From: Candidatus Izemoplasmatales bacterium
Lineage (GTDB): Bacteria; Bacillota_I; Bacilli_A; Izemoplasmatales; Hujiaoplasmataceae
Reading direction: 5' to 3'
NCBI GenBank assembly: GCA_050949045.1
Contig: JBMNEZ010000001.1
Coordinates: forward strand, 1-64,000
Length of the DNA: 64,000 bases
Below, in pieces: positions 10,559-20,249 of the stretch. Made by a program: the position numbers and the translations under genes. The notes under the pieces are model-generated. The model did no database searches. It was given only the letters and a program-made list of their open reading frames with translations, and was not told the origin of the DNA. Numbering within the stretch: the first letter of the stretch is position 1; each line of letters begins with the position of its first letter.

Positions 10559-11731
10559 GTGATCCAAGAAACCTTTAAATTCAAACTTTTTTATTTTGTC
10601 CGCTATTTTGGCGATGCGTTTTTTTATCCTTTCATGTCCCTGTATTTCATTTCCAAGGGAGTTACCGAGGCTCAGCTTGGGCTGATTCTGGCAATCACAC
10701 CTATTGTGACGATCCTAGTCAACCCTTTATGGACCTTTCTTGCGAAGGATATGCGTGCGATCAGGTTTATCTTAAAAACCATGACTCTGATTGAAGGCAT
10801 ATTGATCATAACTTTGACTCAAGTGTCCGGATTTGAATTCTATGCTCTGATTATCGGTTTGATTGCGCTTCTTTGTTCGCCATTTATTTCAATCCAAGAC
10901 GGGTTCACTGCCACCTTTGCCAACCAGAATAACATCGAGTATACATCGATTAGAATCCAAGCTTCGATTTCTTATGTCATCGCTTTGGTGCTTGCGGGAA
11001 TTGTTGTTGTTTATTTAGGATATGCAATATTGTTTTCAATCGCCGGCGGGATGTTTATTCTGACCATGTTGATAGCTATGTGGATCAAACCTTTCAAAGA
11101 AGAGTCTCAAAGGCAAAGCGCGCCAAAGAGGGATATCAAGGCGCTTCTGAGAAACAAAGAATTCTACAAGTATCTAGTTTTCTATACTTTGATGATCGGG
11201 GCCGTCAGAGTTGGTGATTCTTTCTTTGGAGTCTATATGACAAGTGTTAAAGGCCTTGACACAATTCAATATGGTTTGCTTTATGCCGCTTTTGTCCTTG
11301 TTGAAGTGATCTTTATCAGGATTCTCATTAACAAAGGCCAATTGATTTCTGAAAAGAAGTTGATGATCGTTTCCGCAGCTCTGTTTCTCTTCCGGTTCGT
11401 TGCTTATTCGTTGATTGACGATCTTGTTGCCTTGGCGATCATCACAATGCTAAGAGGCGTTGCGTGGGGAATATTCTTGTTTGCGAATGTCCGCTACGTG
11501 GTAAAAATTGTCAAAGTGGAAAACGTGACTTCTGCCATCATGATCCTCACACTTACGTTTTCGGTGTTTACCGCCATCGGCAACTTCTTGTTTGGCAAAC
11601 TTTTGAAAACACTCGATTACTCCTGGCTATACCTTATTCTTGCTGGCATCATCGGTTTGGGATTTGCCGTTATACTGATGTTTTCCCCGAAAACCAACAA
11701 AATTCAAGAACAAACCATAGCTACTCAATAA
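10559..11731 (+). CDS. MFS transporter (MFS_1-like)
   Basis: 390 aa, ~12 TM helices, PFMSLY..G..GL N-terminus. Confidence 0.8.
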   Translation: MIQETFKFKLFYFVRYFGDAFFYPFMSLYFISKGVTEAQLGLILAITPIVTILVNPLWTFLAKDMRAIRFILKTMTLIEGILIITLTQVSGFEFYALIIGLIALLCSPFISIQDGFTATFANQNNIEYTSIRIQASISYVIALVLAGIVVVYLGYAILFSIAGGMFILTMLIAMWIKPFKEESQRQSAPKRDIKALLRNKEFYKYLVFYTLMIGAVRVGDSFFGVYMTSVKGLDTIQYGLLYAAFVLVEVIFIRILINKGQLISEKKLMIVSAALFLFRFVAYSLIDDLVALAIITMLRGVAWGIFLFANVRYVVKIVKVENVTSAIMILTLTFSVFTAIGNFLFGKLLKTLDYSWLYLILAGIIGLGFAVILMFSPKTNKIQEQTIATQ

Positions 11732-11770
11732 CGCCAATAGATATTGCAAGTTTAAATATGAGGTGAAGAA

Positions 11771-13318
11771 ATGCGGCTAGAAATGTTATTGACAGGCATC
11801 ACGTTTGCCATGGCAACAATCACATTTACGATCAGCGCCTTAATGGCGGTTTCGCTAACCAGAATTAGATATAAATGGGAACTTCCAACCCTATATTTTT
11901 TGTTGTCTGTCTACATTTTCGGATATGGAATGGAGCTTGTCAGTGAAACAATTGAATTTAAAATGGCTTTCAATCATTTTCAATATTTCGGTATACCCTT
12001 TATTTCTTCCGGATGGGCGTTTCTTGCCCATCGCTACCGCAATCCCGATTTAAAACTCAAAAAAGGAATTGTATTTTTGTTGTTGCTTATTCCTTTAACT
12101 GTTTTTGTCTCTGTCCAATTGTTTTATTATACTGATTGCACTTTGTATTATACCGAAGCTTTTATTGATGGTTCATACCGTCTTTTCGGAAATGAGTTTC
12201 CGGTGTTGATATTGGGCAAAGGACCGCTTTACTATTTAGGGACCTCATACAATATGGTGATGATCTTGTATGCAACTTATGTCTATTACAAAACATTCAC
12301 CAAAACAACAGGGGCCCAAAAACATCAAACGTTCTTATTAACAATTTGCAGTCTATTGTCGATGATTATTCCTATGCTATCATTTATCTCCAACCAAACT
12401 ATGGGCATCGATCTAGCGGTCTATATTATCACCATCCTCGGGTATGTTATCCTTTATTCCCTTCTCAAATACGAATTTCTTTATTTGACTCCATCTGCAC
12501 ACCAACAGGCGTTTGAAACAGCATCTGAGAAAATGTATCTTTTTGATGACAAACTTGAGCTTATTTCCTGGAACAAAGCTGTCAAGGAAGACAATATTTA
12601 CAAAGAGATTGTACAGTATCGCATGAAGGGTGAAGATTTTTTCCAAAACGAAGAGATTATTGATTCCATCAAGGAAGGAGTCCCTTACAGCCTCAACGTT
12701 AACGACAAACACTATGTTATCGAAACAATACCTGTCGTATCCAAAAAAGGCAAAAAGGATGGTTATATTGTTAAATTCAACGATATGACCAGCTATATTG
12801 AAAGAATCGAGAAACTCGACTATCAGGCATCACATGACGAGTTGACTGATATTTATAACCGCAGAGCTTTTCTTGAAATCGGCGCCGAATTCATCAATAA
12901 AGCGGGAGCTGAGCGAATCGACTTTTCAGTGATGATGATTGACCTTGACGATTTCAAAAACATTAATGATACCTATGGGCATCCTTTTGGAGACGAAGTT
13001 CTAAAAGGTGTGGTAAAGGCAATCCGCGAGTCTTTGGAGCCAAATGACATCCTCTGCCGTTATGGAGGAGAGGAATTTATCGCCATTGCCAAGAACATCA
13101 GCCATGAGCAGGCGGCAGTCGTAGCAGAAAAAATTAGAAGCAGGATCGAAAAAAAGGTATTCAAAATCAATGATGAGGTTGTGAGTACCAAAGTCAGCAT
13201 CGGTGCCTGCCTCAGTTATCACGACAATCCTTTGACGATTGAAGAGTATATCAAAAATGCCGATGATGCCCTGTATGTTTCGAAAAGAAAAGGAAAGAAC
13301 AAAGTAACGATCGTATAA
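11771..13318 (+). CDS. Membrane diguanylate cyclase (7TM sensor + GGDEF)
   Basis: N-terminal TM helices; DELTDIYNRR, DLDDFKNINDTYGH, RYGGEEF. Confidence 0.92.
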   Translation: MRLEMLLTGITFAMATITFTISALMAVSLTRIRYKWELPTLYFLLSVYIFGYGMELVSETIEFKMAFNHFQYFGIPFISSGWAFLAHRYRNPDLKLKKGIVFLLLLIPLTVFVSVQLFYYTDCTLYYTEAFIDGSYRLFGNEFPVLILGKGPLYYLGTSYNMVMILYATYVYYKTFTKTTGAQKHQTFLLTICSLLSMIIPMLSFISNQTMGIDLAVYIITILGYVILYSLLKYEFLYLTPSAHQQAFETASEKMYLFDDKLELISWNKAVKEDNIYKEIVQYRMKGEDFFQNEEIIDSIKEGVPYSLNVNDKHYVIETIPVVSKKGKKDGYIVKFNDMTSYIERIEKLDYQASHDELTDIYNRRAFLEIGAEFINKAGAERIDFSVMMIDLDDFKNINDTYGHPFGDEVLKGVVKAIRESLEPNDILCRYGGEEFIAIAKNISHEQAAVVAEKIRSRIEKKVFKINDEVVSTKVSIGACLSYHDNPLTIEEYIKNADDALYVSKRKGKNKVTIV

Positions 13319-13357
13319 AGTAATGACCTAAAAAACGTTCTTAGGGAGGATAAGACC

Positions 13358-14617
13358 ATTAAAGACACCAACCTACCGCGCTTTGACAGGGTCAAAAAGC
13401 CGATCAACCAAAAATGGTATTTGGTACCGCTTGCCTGGTTGCTTTCCGTCGGGGTTTTGTTCAAGTACAGACTAAAGGTCTACAAATATAACATGAAAGG
13501 GCTGAAACCTCCCTATATATTGCTATGCACCCATCACGCCTTTGTCGATTTCAAGGTTACGACAATGGCGATCTTTCCAAGGAGGGCAAATTACATTGTC
13601 GCTATCGATGGTTTCATCAAACGCGAAAAACTATTGCGAAACGTCGGTTGCATCTGCAAGCGTAAATTCACAAACGACATCGTCCTGATCCGCCAGATTG
13701 AACATTCGCTCAAAGTAAACAAGACGATTTGCGCAATCTATCCCGAAGCAAGATATTCTTTGATCGGCACAACGGCAATTCTGCCGGAATCGCTTGCAAA
13801 GATGTGTAAAATGATGAAAGTTCCGATTGTCGTGTTGAATATGCACGGCAACTATCTGAGCCAACCGGTCTGGAACCTTGCCAAACGCAAAGTCAGACTT
13901 CGGGCGGACATGACCCAGATAATTGATTCTGAAGAAATCAACACTCTTGATATCACGGAAATCAATCGTCGTATCCACAAGGCCTTCGAGTACGATGAAT
14001 ACCGTTATCAATGGGAGACAAAACAGAGAATAACCTACAAGCACCGAGCGAAGAATTTGCACAAGGTTCTATATCTGTGTCCAAACTGTCTGACGGAACA
14101 CGAAATGGATTCCGATCTGAACAAACTTTGGTGCAACCATTGCCATAAAATGTGGGAAATGGACGAATACGGCCGTTTGAAGGCGACTGAAGGAAAGACC
14201 GAATTCTCTCACGTCCCGGATTGGTATGAGTTCGAACGAGGTCATGTCCGCAAACAAATATTGGACGGCACCTATCATTTTGAAGATGACGTAATTGTCG
14301 ATTCCTTACCCAACGCCGATGGTTATGTCAGATTGGGCGAAGCCAAACTGACACATGACAAGGAAGGGTTTCGCCTTGAGGGGGAATTTGATGGAGAAAA
14401 ATTTCTGTTGGTCAAAGATGTGAAATCGATGTACAGTCTCCATATCGAGTACGATTACTTTGGTCAAGGTGATTGCCTTGATCTTTCAACCTTGAACGAC
14501 ACCTATTATCTCTTTCCGAAAAACAAGAAGAACGTCGTAACCAAACTACATTTTGCTGTCGAGGAGCTGTTCAAGATAGCGAAAGAAAAAAAGACAAATC
14601 AAATGGATAATCAGTAA
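13358..14617 (+). CDS. Lysophospholipid (PlsC-like) acyltransferase; start may be ATT 13358 rather than TTG 13421
   Basis: THHAFVD (HxxxxD) and IYPEA motifs; strong RBS agggagga 7 nt before an in-frame ATT. Confidence 0.8.
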   Translation: MKDTNLPRFDRVKKPINQKWYLVPLAWLLSVGVLFKYRLKVYKYNMKGLKPPYILLCTHHAFVDFKVTTMAIFPRRANYIVAIDGFIKREKLLRNVGCICKRKFTNDIVLIRQIEHSLKVNKTICAIYPEARYSLIGTTAILPESLAKMCKMMKVPIVVLNMHGNYLSQPVWNLAKRKVRLRADMTQIIDSEEINTLDITEINRRIHKAFEYDEYRYQWETKQRITYKHRAKNLHKVLYLCPNCLTEHEMDSDLNKLWCNHCHKMWEMDEYGRLKATEGKTEFSHVPDWYEFERGHVRKQILDGTYHFEDDVIVDSLPNADGYVRLGEAKLTHDKEGFRLEGEFDGEKFLLVKDVKSMYSLHIEYDYFGQGDCLDLSTLNDTYYLFPKNKKNVVTKLHFAVEELFKIAKEKKTNQMDNQ

Positions 14618-14700
14618 ATAAGAAACAGTGCATTTATTTGATAGATAACGCCAATAAACACGATGGTATTGATGTTAAAATTAATGAAGGTGAAGACGAA

Positions 14701-14916
14701 ATGAAAAAGGCCATAATTGAAAATATCTGTTGCGAAGGCTGCGCCAAAGATGTGAAGCATGTGCTTGAAAATATTTACGGTGTGTCTAGCGTGTCTGTCT
14801 CCTGCGAAGGCGGATATGCCCTTTTCGATGGGTTTGTTTCAACCGAAGTCATCAAGACCGCTCTCGCCGATGAGGGATATCACTTGGTGGATATCGTTAA
14901 ACACCGAGAATCTTAA
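14701..14916 (+). CDS. Heavy-metal-associated (HMA/CopZ-like) protein
   Basis: ICCEGCA metal-binding motif, 71 aa; ATG after gaaggtg. Confidence 0.8.
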   Translation: MKKAIIENICCEGCAKDVKHVLENIYGVSSVSVSCEGGYALFDGFVSTEVIKTALADEGYHLVDIVKHRES

Positions 14917-15100
14917 GAACTTTTTGTCAACAGAGCAAAGAAGACGTCTTTTATGTATCGGAACCGGATATTTCTGAGGAGACATCTGCTAATTCAAATA
15001 TCACAGTAAACAAAAAGCAAACTCAAGAAACATCATTGATGGCCAAAGAAAAATTACTTGACTATTATCTGTCGATGAAAGATAATATAAGATGATTCCT

Positions 15101-15175
15101 AGGGGTGTGGTGTCAACGGTAGCACGACAGTCTCCAAAACTGTTTGAACGGGTTCAAATCCTGTCACCCCTGCCA
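15101..15175 (+). tRNA. tRNA-Trp (CCA)
   Basis: agggg acceptor stem, acagt-ctCCAaa-actgt anticodon arm, GGTTCAAATC, ends cccctgCCA. Confidence 0.96.
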
Positions 15176-15345
15176 TAAAAATGTTTAATTAGTAAACTAA
15201 ATATTTGAATGAATCGCCTAACAAGGCGATTTTTTCATAAATGGAAAGTCCATCTAGGTTATAGAAATGTTTCCTGGACGGACTTTTTAATACGGGCGGT
15301 GTTTTTTAATTTTTCACCCCAAAGGTTAGAAAATTTAATTTAAAA
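15171..15345 (+). repeat. Module B copy 1 (begins with tRNA 3' end TGCCA)
   Basis: tgccataaaaatgtttaattagtaaa...aatcgcctaacaaggcgattttttcataaa...aagtccatctaggttata..tgtttcctggacggacttt. Confidence 0.9.
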
Positions 15346-15407
15346 TATATATATTGAGTTGTCCAAAAATTGTGGACAACTGGATATAAATATGATATAA
15401 TCATTAT

Positions 15408-16262
15408 ATGAAAAAACATTCAATTAGATATTTTAATAATAAAGAAGTAAGAGCGATTTGGGATAATGAGAAATCGATGTGGTGGTATTCAGCAATTGAT
15501 TTAATTGATATTTTAGTTGAACCAAAATCTCCAAGGAGATATTGGAATAATACTAAAGTTAGAAATCCTGAGTTGTCTCCTTTTTGTGGACAACAGAAAT
15601 TATATGCTGAAGATGGGAAAAAATATAATTCTGAAGTTATTAACGAAGAGGGAATAAAACTTCTAATAACAATAATCCCCTCTAAATATCGAAAAGAAAT
15701 TCAAAATTGGCTTAAAGGTTTACTAGACCCTATTGATGAACAAAGCAAAAAGAAAGCTTATGATTTATTTAAAACTAATCTAATAAAAAAAGATGAAATC
15801 GGAAAGACAATATCTTTACAAAAAATTCACGCTTATTTATTTGAAGGTTTATATTCTTTTGCTGGAAAAATAAGATCCAAAACGATTTCAAAGGGTGGAT
15901 TTATGTTTGCTAATGGTGATTTTTTACCCGAAATTTTAAAAGGTATTGATAAGATGCCTGATAAAACATTTAAAGAAATTGTTGATAAATACATTGAAAT
16001 GAATATTGCTCATCCATTCATGGAAGGGAATGGTAGAGCAACACGAATTTGGTTAGATTTTCTTCTTAAAGATAGAATTAGTAAATGCGTCGATTGGTCG
16101 AAAATTGAAAAGGAAGCATATTTATCAGCAATGAAACAGAGCCCGTATAATTCAAAACCTATTTTTGAGTTATTGCAAAATGCTCTAACTGAAGATATCG
16201 ATAACCGCGAAGTTTTCCTTAAAGGTATTGATTACTCATATTATTATGAGGAAGAGGAGTAA
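15408..16262 (+). CDS. Fic family protein adenylyltransferase with N-terminal Bro-N-like domain
   Basis: Canonical HPFMEGNGRATR Fic motif; N-terminal FNNKEVRAIWD..WWYSAIDLI..PRRYW. Confidence 0.9.
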   Translation: MKKHSIRYFNNKEVRAIWDNEKSMWWYSAIDLIDILVEPKSPRRYWNNTKVRNPELSPFCGQQKLYAEDGKKYNSEVINEEGIKLLITIIPSKYRKEIQNWLKGLLDPIDEQSKKKAYDLFKTNLIKKDEIGKTISLQKIHAYLFEGLYSFAGKIRSKTISKGGFMFANGDFLPEILKGIDKMPDKTFKEIVDKYIEMNIAHPFMEGNGRATRIWLDFLLKDRISKCVDWSKIEKEAYLSAMKQSPYNSKPIFELLQNALTEDIDNREVFLKGIDYSYYYEEEE

Positions 16263-16303
16263 TTATAATATCAATATGATTCTATGAAAAGCAATACATA
16301 TTT

Positions 16304-16381
16304 TAATATGGGAAAGGTAAAATGAGACCAAAGGAATATTTAGAAAATACAACGGGTGACTCTGCGTTATCATTTTGCTAA
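16304..16381 (+). pseudogene. 5' remnant (19 codons) of the GNAT gene found intact at 21694
   Basis: MRPKEYLENTTGDSALSFC* vs MRAKEYLKNPTGASALSFW; RBS also conserved. Confidence 0.85.
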
Positions 16382-16410
16382 TGTATAATTAATTATAAGA
16401 AGGTGATAAC

Positions 16411-17016
16411 ATGGAAAAATTTCATTTTGAAATACCATCATTAGGAAGAAAAAATGAAATCATTGAATATCTAGATGAATTTGTAAAGTATGGTTCTGAT
16501 ATTAATGGCAGTGGTGGTTTAGATAAAATTTATGAGGGCTATACTTTTGAAGAAGCTTTAGATAGATGTTTAAAAATGGAAGATGAAGAATATGCAAAAA
16601 GAGTTGGAAGAAGCCAAGCAAAGGCATTTTTATTAATTAGGGAAAGTGATGATAAAATAGTTGGAACTATAAATGTTAGATGGAATTTAAATGAAGCAAT
16701 GTTACAATTCGGGGGACATATTGGTTTTGCTGTTAGGCCATCTGAAAGAAAAAAAGGGATTAATAAAGCTAATTTATATCTGGGAATGATTGAAGCTAAA
16801 AAAGTTGGATTAGATAGAGCGAGGATAGATTGTGATGTTAAAAATCTTGGGTCTGATAAAACACTAAAGGCTCTTGGTGGTACACTTGAAAGAACAGAGG
16901 TAGATCCTTCAGATGGAACTTTAACAAATGTGTATTGGTTTAATGTTGATGAAACAATAAATAATTATAAAAATATTTATGGACAATTTATTTCAATTTC
17001 TAGTGGGATAAATTGA
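16411..17016 (+). CDS. GNAT family N-acetyltransferase
   Basis: GTINVR..GGHIGFAVRPSERKKG..CDVKNLGS..LGG pattern. Confidence 0.85.
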   Translation: MEKFHFEIPSLGRKNEIIEYLDEFVKYGSDINGSGGLDKIYEGYTFEEALDRCLKMEDEEYAKRVGRSQAKAFLLIRESDDKIVGTINVRWNLNEAMLQFGGHIGFAVRPSERKKGINKANLYLGMIEAKKVGLDRARIDCDVKNLGSDKTLKALGGTLERTEVDPSDGTLTNVYWFNVDETINNYKNIYGQFISISSGIN

Positions 17017-17034
17017 AATAACATAAGTGTTCAA

Positions 17035-17385
17035 TTTTCCCTCAAAATGTATGATAAAAGACTTTTTAACCAGTTTTAGACAAATACCAAAATAGTAGCA
17101 ACTTTCCCCTAAAATACCCCAAAAATACCTCAAAAGGTATTCTAGCGGTTTTTTAGTAGTTTTATGTAAATGTATGCTTTTTTGCTAAACTTTTTGTATT
17201 AAAGGTGGTGCCATAAAAATGTTTAATTAGTAAACTGAATATTTGATCAAATCACCTAAAAAGGCGATTTTTTCATAAACGGAAAGTCCAACTGGGTTAT
17301 AAAATGTTTCCTGGTTGGATTTATTTAAATACTAATATTGGTTTTTAAAATCTCGCACCAAGGGTTCGAACTCTTCAATTTAAAA
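17035..17385 (+). repeat. Module A + TGCCA (17209) + module B junction, attP-like
   Basis: gactttttaacc..caacttt..ctaaaat..caaaaggtat..ttttttagtagttttatgtaaatgtatgc..ggtgcca followed by module B. Confidence 0.9.
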
Positions 17386-17522
17386 ACACGAATACGAATT
17401 TTAATTTACTACACCAGTTTTAATTTATAAAAAATAATCGTTTATCAAGACGTATGATAAAATAAAGATAGCATGAAATAATAGAGTATTACTTATAGTT
17501 GTTAAAGGCTGGTGTAAATAAA

Positions 17523-18299
17523 ATGAATATAGATGTTTCAATAATAAATGATTATTTGAATGATGAAGTTTCGTATGAAAAACATTGGATTTTTAATAGT
17601 ATATTAGGAAATAATCAATACCTTTTTGATAAGCCTTCACATAATCTTAAAGAAAGTATATCTAGTACAATGAAAAAAGTTATTGATATTCTTAAGTCTT
17701 TTATTCCGTATAATGTTGTTTTATTTTCTAAACTGTTTCTTAACTGGAAAGAATTAAGTAAAAATGTCAATGTGATTTTAGCTGTTGGATGTCCAAAACC
17801 ATATGATGCCATGATTAGAGAACATAATGAGAAAGACTATATAATTTTAGATTTAGTTCGTCTTTTGGATTATCATGAGGATATTTCTGAGGTTATTAAA
17901 AAGTTTTTTACACACGAATTAATACACGTTTGTATTAAGGTTGATTATCCATTTAATATAAAAAACGAATCAAGTTATAAAAAGATATTAGAATATTTAG
18001 TGTTTGATGAAGGTTTTGCACATTTACTTTCATTTAAAGAAAATGTTTGTGAATTTGATTTTAGCGAGTTAATAAAAACTCATTACAATAAATCAATTAA
18101 ACAACTAAAAATAGCATTGACTGAAGAAGAATTATCAAAGCAAATTGATCATTTGAATCAGGCAAATAGTGGAATTTATTGGAATAAGTTTGCAGCTATT
18201 ACTGGGAAGTTATATTTAGCTAATAATTTAAATGATTTATTTTCAATTTATAAAGCGGGACCGAAAACAATGCTAGAAAATATTATTTTTGAAGAATAA
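17523..18299 (+). CDS. Putative Zn-dependent protease (HExxH; DUF5700-like)
   Basis: THELIH and DEGFAH motifs; ATG 17523 after ggtg. Confidence 0.6.
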   Translation: MNIDVSIINDYLNDEVSYEKHWIFNSILGNNQYLFDKPSHNLKESISSTMKKVIDILKSFIPYNVVLFSKLFLNWKELSKNVNVILAVGCPKPYDAMIREHNEKDYIILDLVRLLDYHEDISEVIKKFFTHELIHVCIKVDYPFNIKNESSYKKILEYLVFDEGFAHLLSFKENVCEFDFSELIKTHYNKSIKQLKIALTEEELSKQIDHLNQANSGIYWNKFAAITGKLYLANNLNDLFSIYKAGPKTMLENIIFEE

Positions 18300-18321
18300 T
18301 TTAATATAACAAAATATAATC

Positions 18322-18348
18322 TAACCCCGTCGATTTCGATGGGGTTTT
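18322..18348 (+). terminator. Intrinsic terminator
   Basis: aaccccgtcga-tt-tcgatggggtt followed by T run. Confidence 0.7.
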
Positions 18349-18358
18349 ATGTCATAAG

Positions 18359-18447
18359 ACGTGAAAAACACTAAACATGTTGACTATTTTTCACGTTAAT
18401 GTTAAAATATACGCGAAAAACAGTCAACAATACGACTAAATTTCGGG
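18359..18447 (+). promoter_or_regulatory. Two operator-like inverted repeats flanking a -10-like TAAAAT
   Basis: CGTGAAAAA-N18-TTTTTCACG (18360-18395) and degenerate CGCGAAAAA-N18-AATTTCGGG (18412-18447). Confidence 0.65.
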
Positions 18448-18457
18448 AGTTGGTATA

Positions 18458-19762
18458 ATGATAAAAAGAGATTTCTATTTAAATAAGCTAGTAAATAGTA
18501 AAGATAACGGAAAAGTTAAAGTGATAACTGGTTTACGAAGATGTGGTAAATCTTATCTTTTGTTTAAACTATATAAAGAATATTTGTTAAGTGAAGGTAT
18601 AAGTGAAGAACAAATTATTGCATACAGTTTAGAGGGGTATGAAAACATACACCTAAGAAATATAACTGTTTTATATGCAAGCATTAAATCAAGAATTAAA
18701 GATGATAATAAAAAATATTATCTTTTTATTGATGAAATTCAAAATGTTCATTCAATCCAAAACCCATACGTAGAATCTAAAGATATAATAACATTTGTTG
18801 ATGTTATGTTAGAATTAGTAAAATTAGATAATTTGGACATATATATTACTGGCTCAAACTCTAAAATGTTATCTAAAGATATACTTACTCAATTTAGGGG
18901 AAGAACCCATCAAATAAGATTACTACCATTATCTTTTAATGAATTATATAAACATTTTGGGGATACTCCAGAATTATTAGATAATTATATTATGTATGGT
19001 GGTATGCCGGAAGTATATACTAAATTTAATAATGCAGAATCTAAAAGGGAATATCTTAAAGATCTTTTTGAAGAAACATATATAAAAGATGTTTTAGAAA
19101 AAAATAATATCCAAAATGATAAATACGTATTAGGAATACTTCTTGATTTCATATCATCTAGTGTTGGTTCTTTAATAAGTCCTTCAAAAATTTCTAATAG
19201 ATTTTTATTTGAACAAAATATAAAAATATCTAGTGAAACAGTTAATAGATATTTAAAATTTTTTGATGACGCATTTGTATTATCAAAAGCTAATAGATAC
19301 GATATAAGTGGAGCAAGATATTATCAAACTAATAATAAGTACTATTACACCGATGTAGGGCTAAGAAATGCACGACTTAATTTTCCACAAAAAGATCAAG
19401 GTCATATCATGGAAAATATAATATATATAGATTTAATAAAAAGAGGCTATAAAGTAGATGTTGGAATAGTACGTGATAATTACAGGGTTGACGGAAAACT
19501 TACACAAAAACAACTTGAAGTTGATTTTATGGCAACGGGAGCAAATGAGCGTTACTATATACAATCCGCCCTGACTTTAGACGATTTAAAAACAATAGAA
19601 AGAGAAACAAGACCATTAAATAAAATAAAAGACAACTTTATTAAAATAGTAGTTATCAAAAATTATACTGGTTCATTTTATGATAAGGATGGAATCTTTT
19701 ATATTAATTTAAAAGATTTTCTATTAAATGAAAACTTAGCTGAAATAACTAAAAGATGGTAA
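18458..19762 (+). CDS. AAA+ superfamily ATPase (AAA_14 + DUF4143-type)
   Basis: GLRRCGKS Walker A, FIDEIQ Walker B, TGSNS, GGMP, KYYYTDVGL, EVDF..YIQ. Confidence 0.9.
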   Translation: MIKRDFYLNKLVNSKDNGKVKVITGLRRCGKSYLLFKLYKEYLLSEGISEEQIIAYSLEGYENIHLRNITVLYASIKSRIKDDNKKYYLFIDEIQNVHSIQNPYVESKDIITFVDVMLELVKLDNLDIYITGSNSKMLSKDILTQFRGRTHQIRLLPLSFNELYKHFGDTPELLDNYIMYGGMPEVYTKFNNAESKREYLKDLFEETYIKDVLEKNNIQNDKYVLGILLDFISSSVGSLISPSKISNRFLFEQNIKISSETVNRYLKFFDDAFVLSKANRYDISGARYYQTNNKYYYTDVGLRNARLNFPQKDQGHIMENIIYIDLIKRGYKVDVGIVRDNYRVDGKLTQKQLEVDFMATGANERYYIQSALTLDDLKTIERETRPLNKIKDNFIKIVVIKNYTGSFYDKDGIFYINLKDFLLNENLAEITKRW

Positions 19763-19875
19763 ACAGCATAGGTTTTAATATTTATTTGGCTTTCAAGGTT
19801 TTAAAAAAATTGTAGAAGTATGCCATATTTTTATTTGGATAATTTAATAATCTGCAAAACACGGAATAAAACTCT

Positions 19876-20067
19876 TACAAATGTTAGGAAATGATGAAAT
19901 GATAACTAAAGCTATATTAGATAGGCTACTACATTATTCATATTTATTTAATATAATTGGCCCATTATATAGGATTAAAGATAAAGTAAAACTTAATAAA
20001 TCATAATTGAATAAAAGTGGGGATTCTTATCTGCACAAAAATGGGGACATTTAACTTGACATTTATA
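19876..20067 (+). mobile_element. Internally deleted IS21-family remnant
   Basis: IstB C-terminus MITKAILDRLLHYSYLFNIIGPLYRIKDK (19899-20006); ends TACAAATGTTAGG / revcomp TATAAATGTCAAG; ACTCT duplicated at 19871-19875 and 20068-20072. Confidence 0.8.
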
Positions 20068-20144
20068 ACTCTTGAAAAATCCGGAATAAAACCTCTGAAA
20101 AACCCGGAATTGTAATTTAATTTATAAGTAATATCTATTTCAGT

Positions 20145-20228
20145 TGCCATAAAAATGTGGACGACCGAATTCATGATTCAATTAGATACTTTAATGATAA
20201 GGAAGTAAAAGAGGAGAATAAATATTAA
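20145..20228 (+). pseudogene. Collapsed remnant of a module B + fic cassette
   Basis: tgccataaaaatg, then tgtggacgac (half of the fic operator), then 33 nt matching the fic 5' end at 30/33 positions. Confidence 0.75.
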
Positions 20229-20249
20229 TCATACAAAATTGAAATAGCA

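Noticed and set aside
15226..15330. Module B as a classical integron attC (GCCTAAC fits RYYYAAC)
   Set aside because: GCCTAAC is part of the terminator hairpin, is altered in copies 2 and 4, has no complementary GTTAGGC, and no intI is present.
17145..17172. TTATGTAAA in module A as a dif/pdif site
   Set aside because: Only a XerD-like half; there is no XerC-like half at 6-bp spacing.
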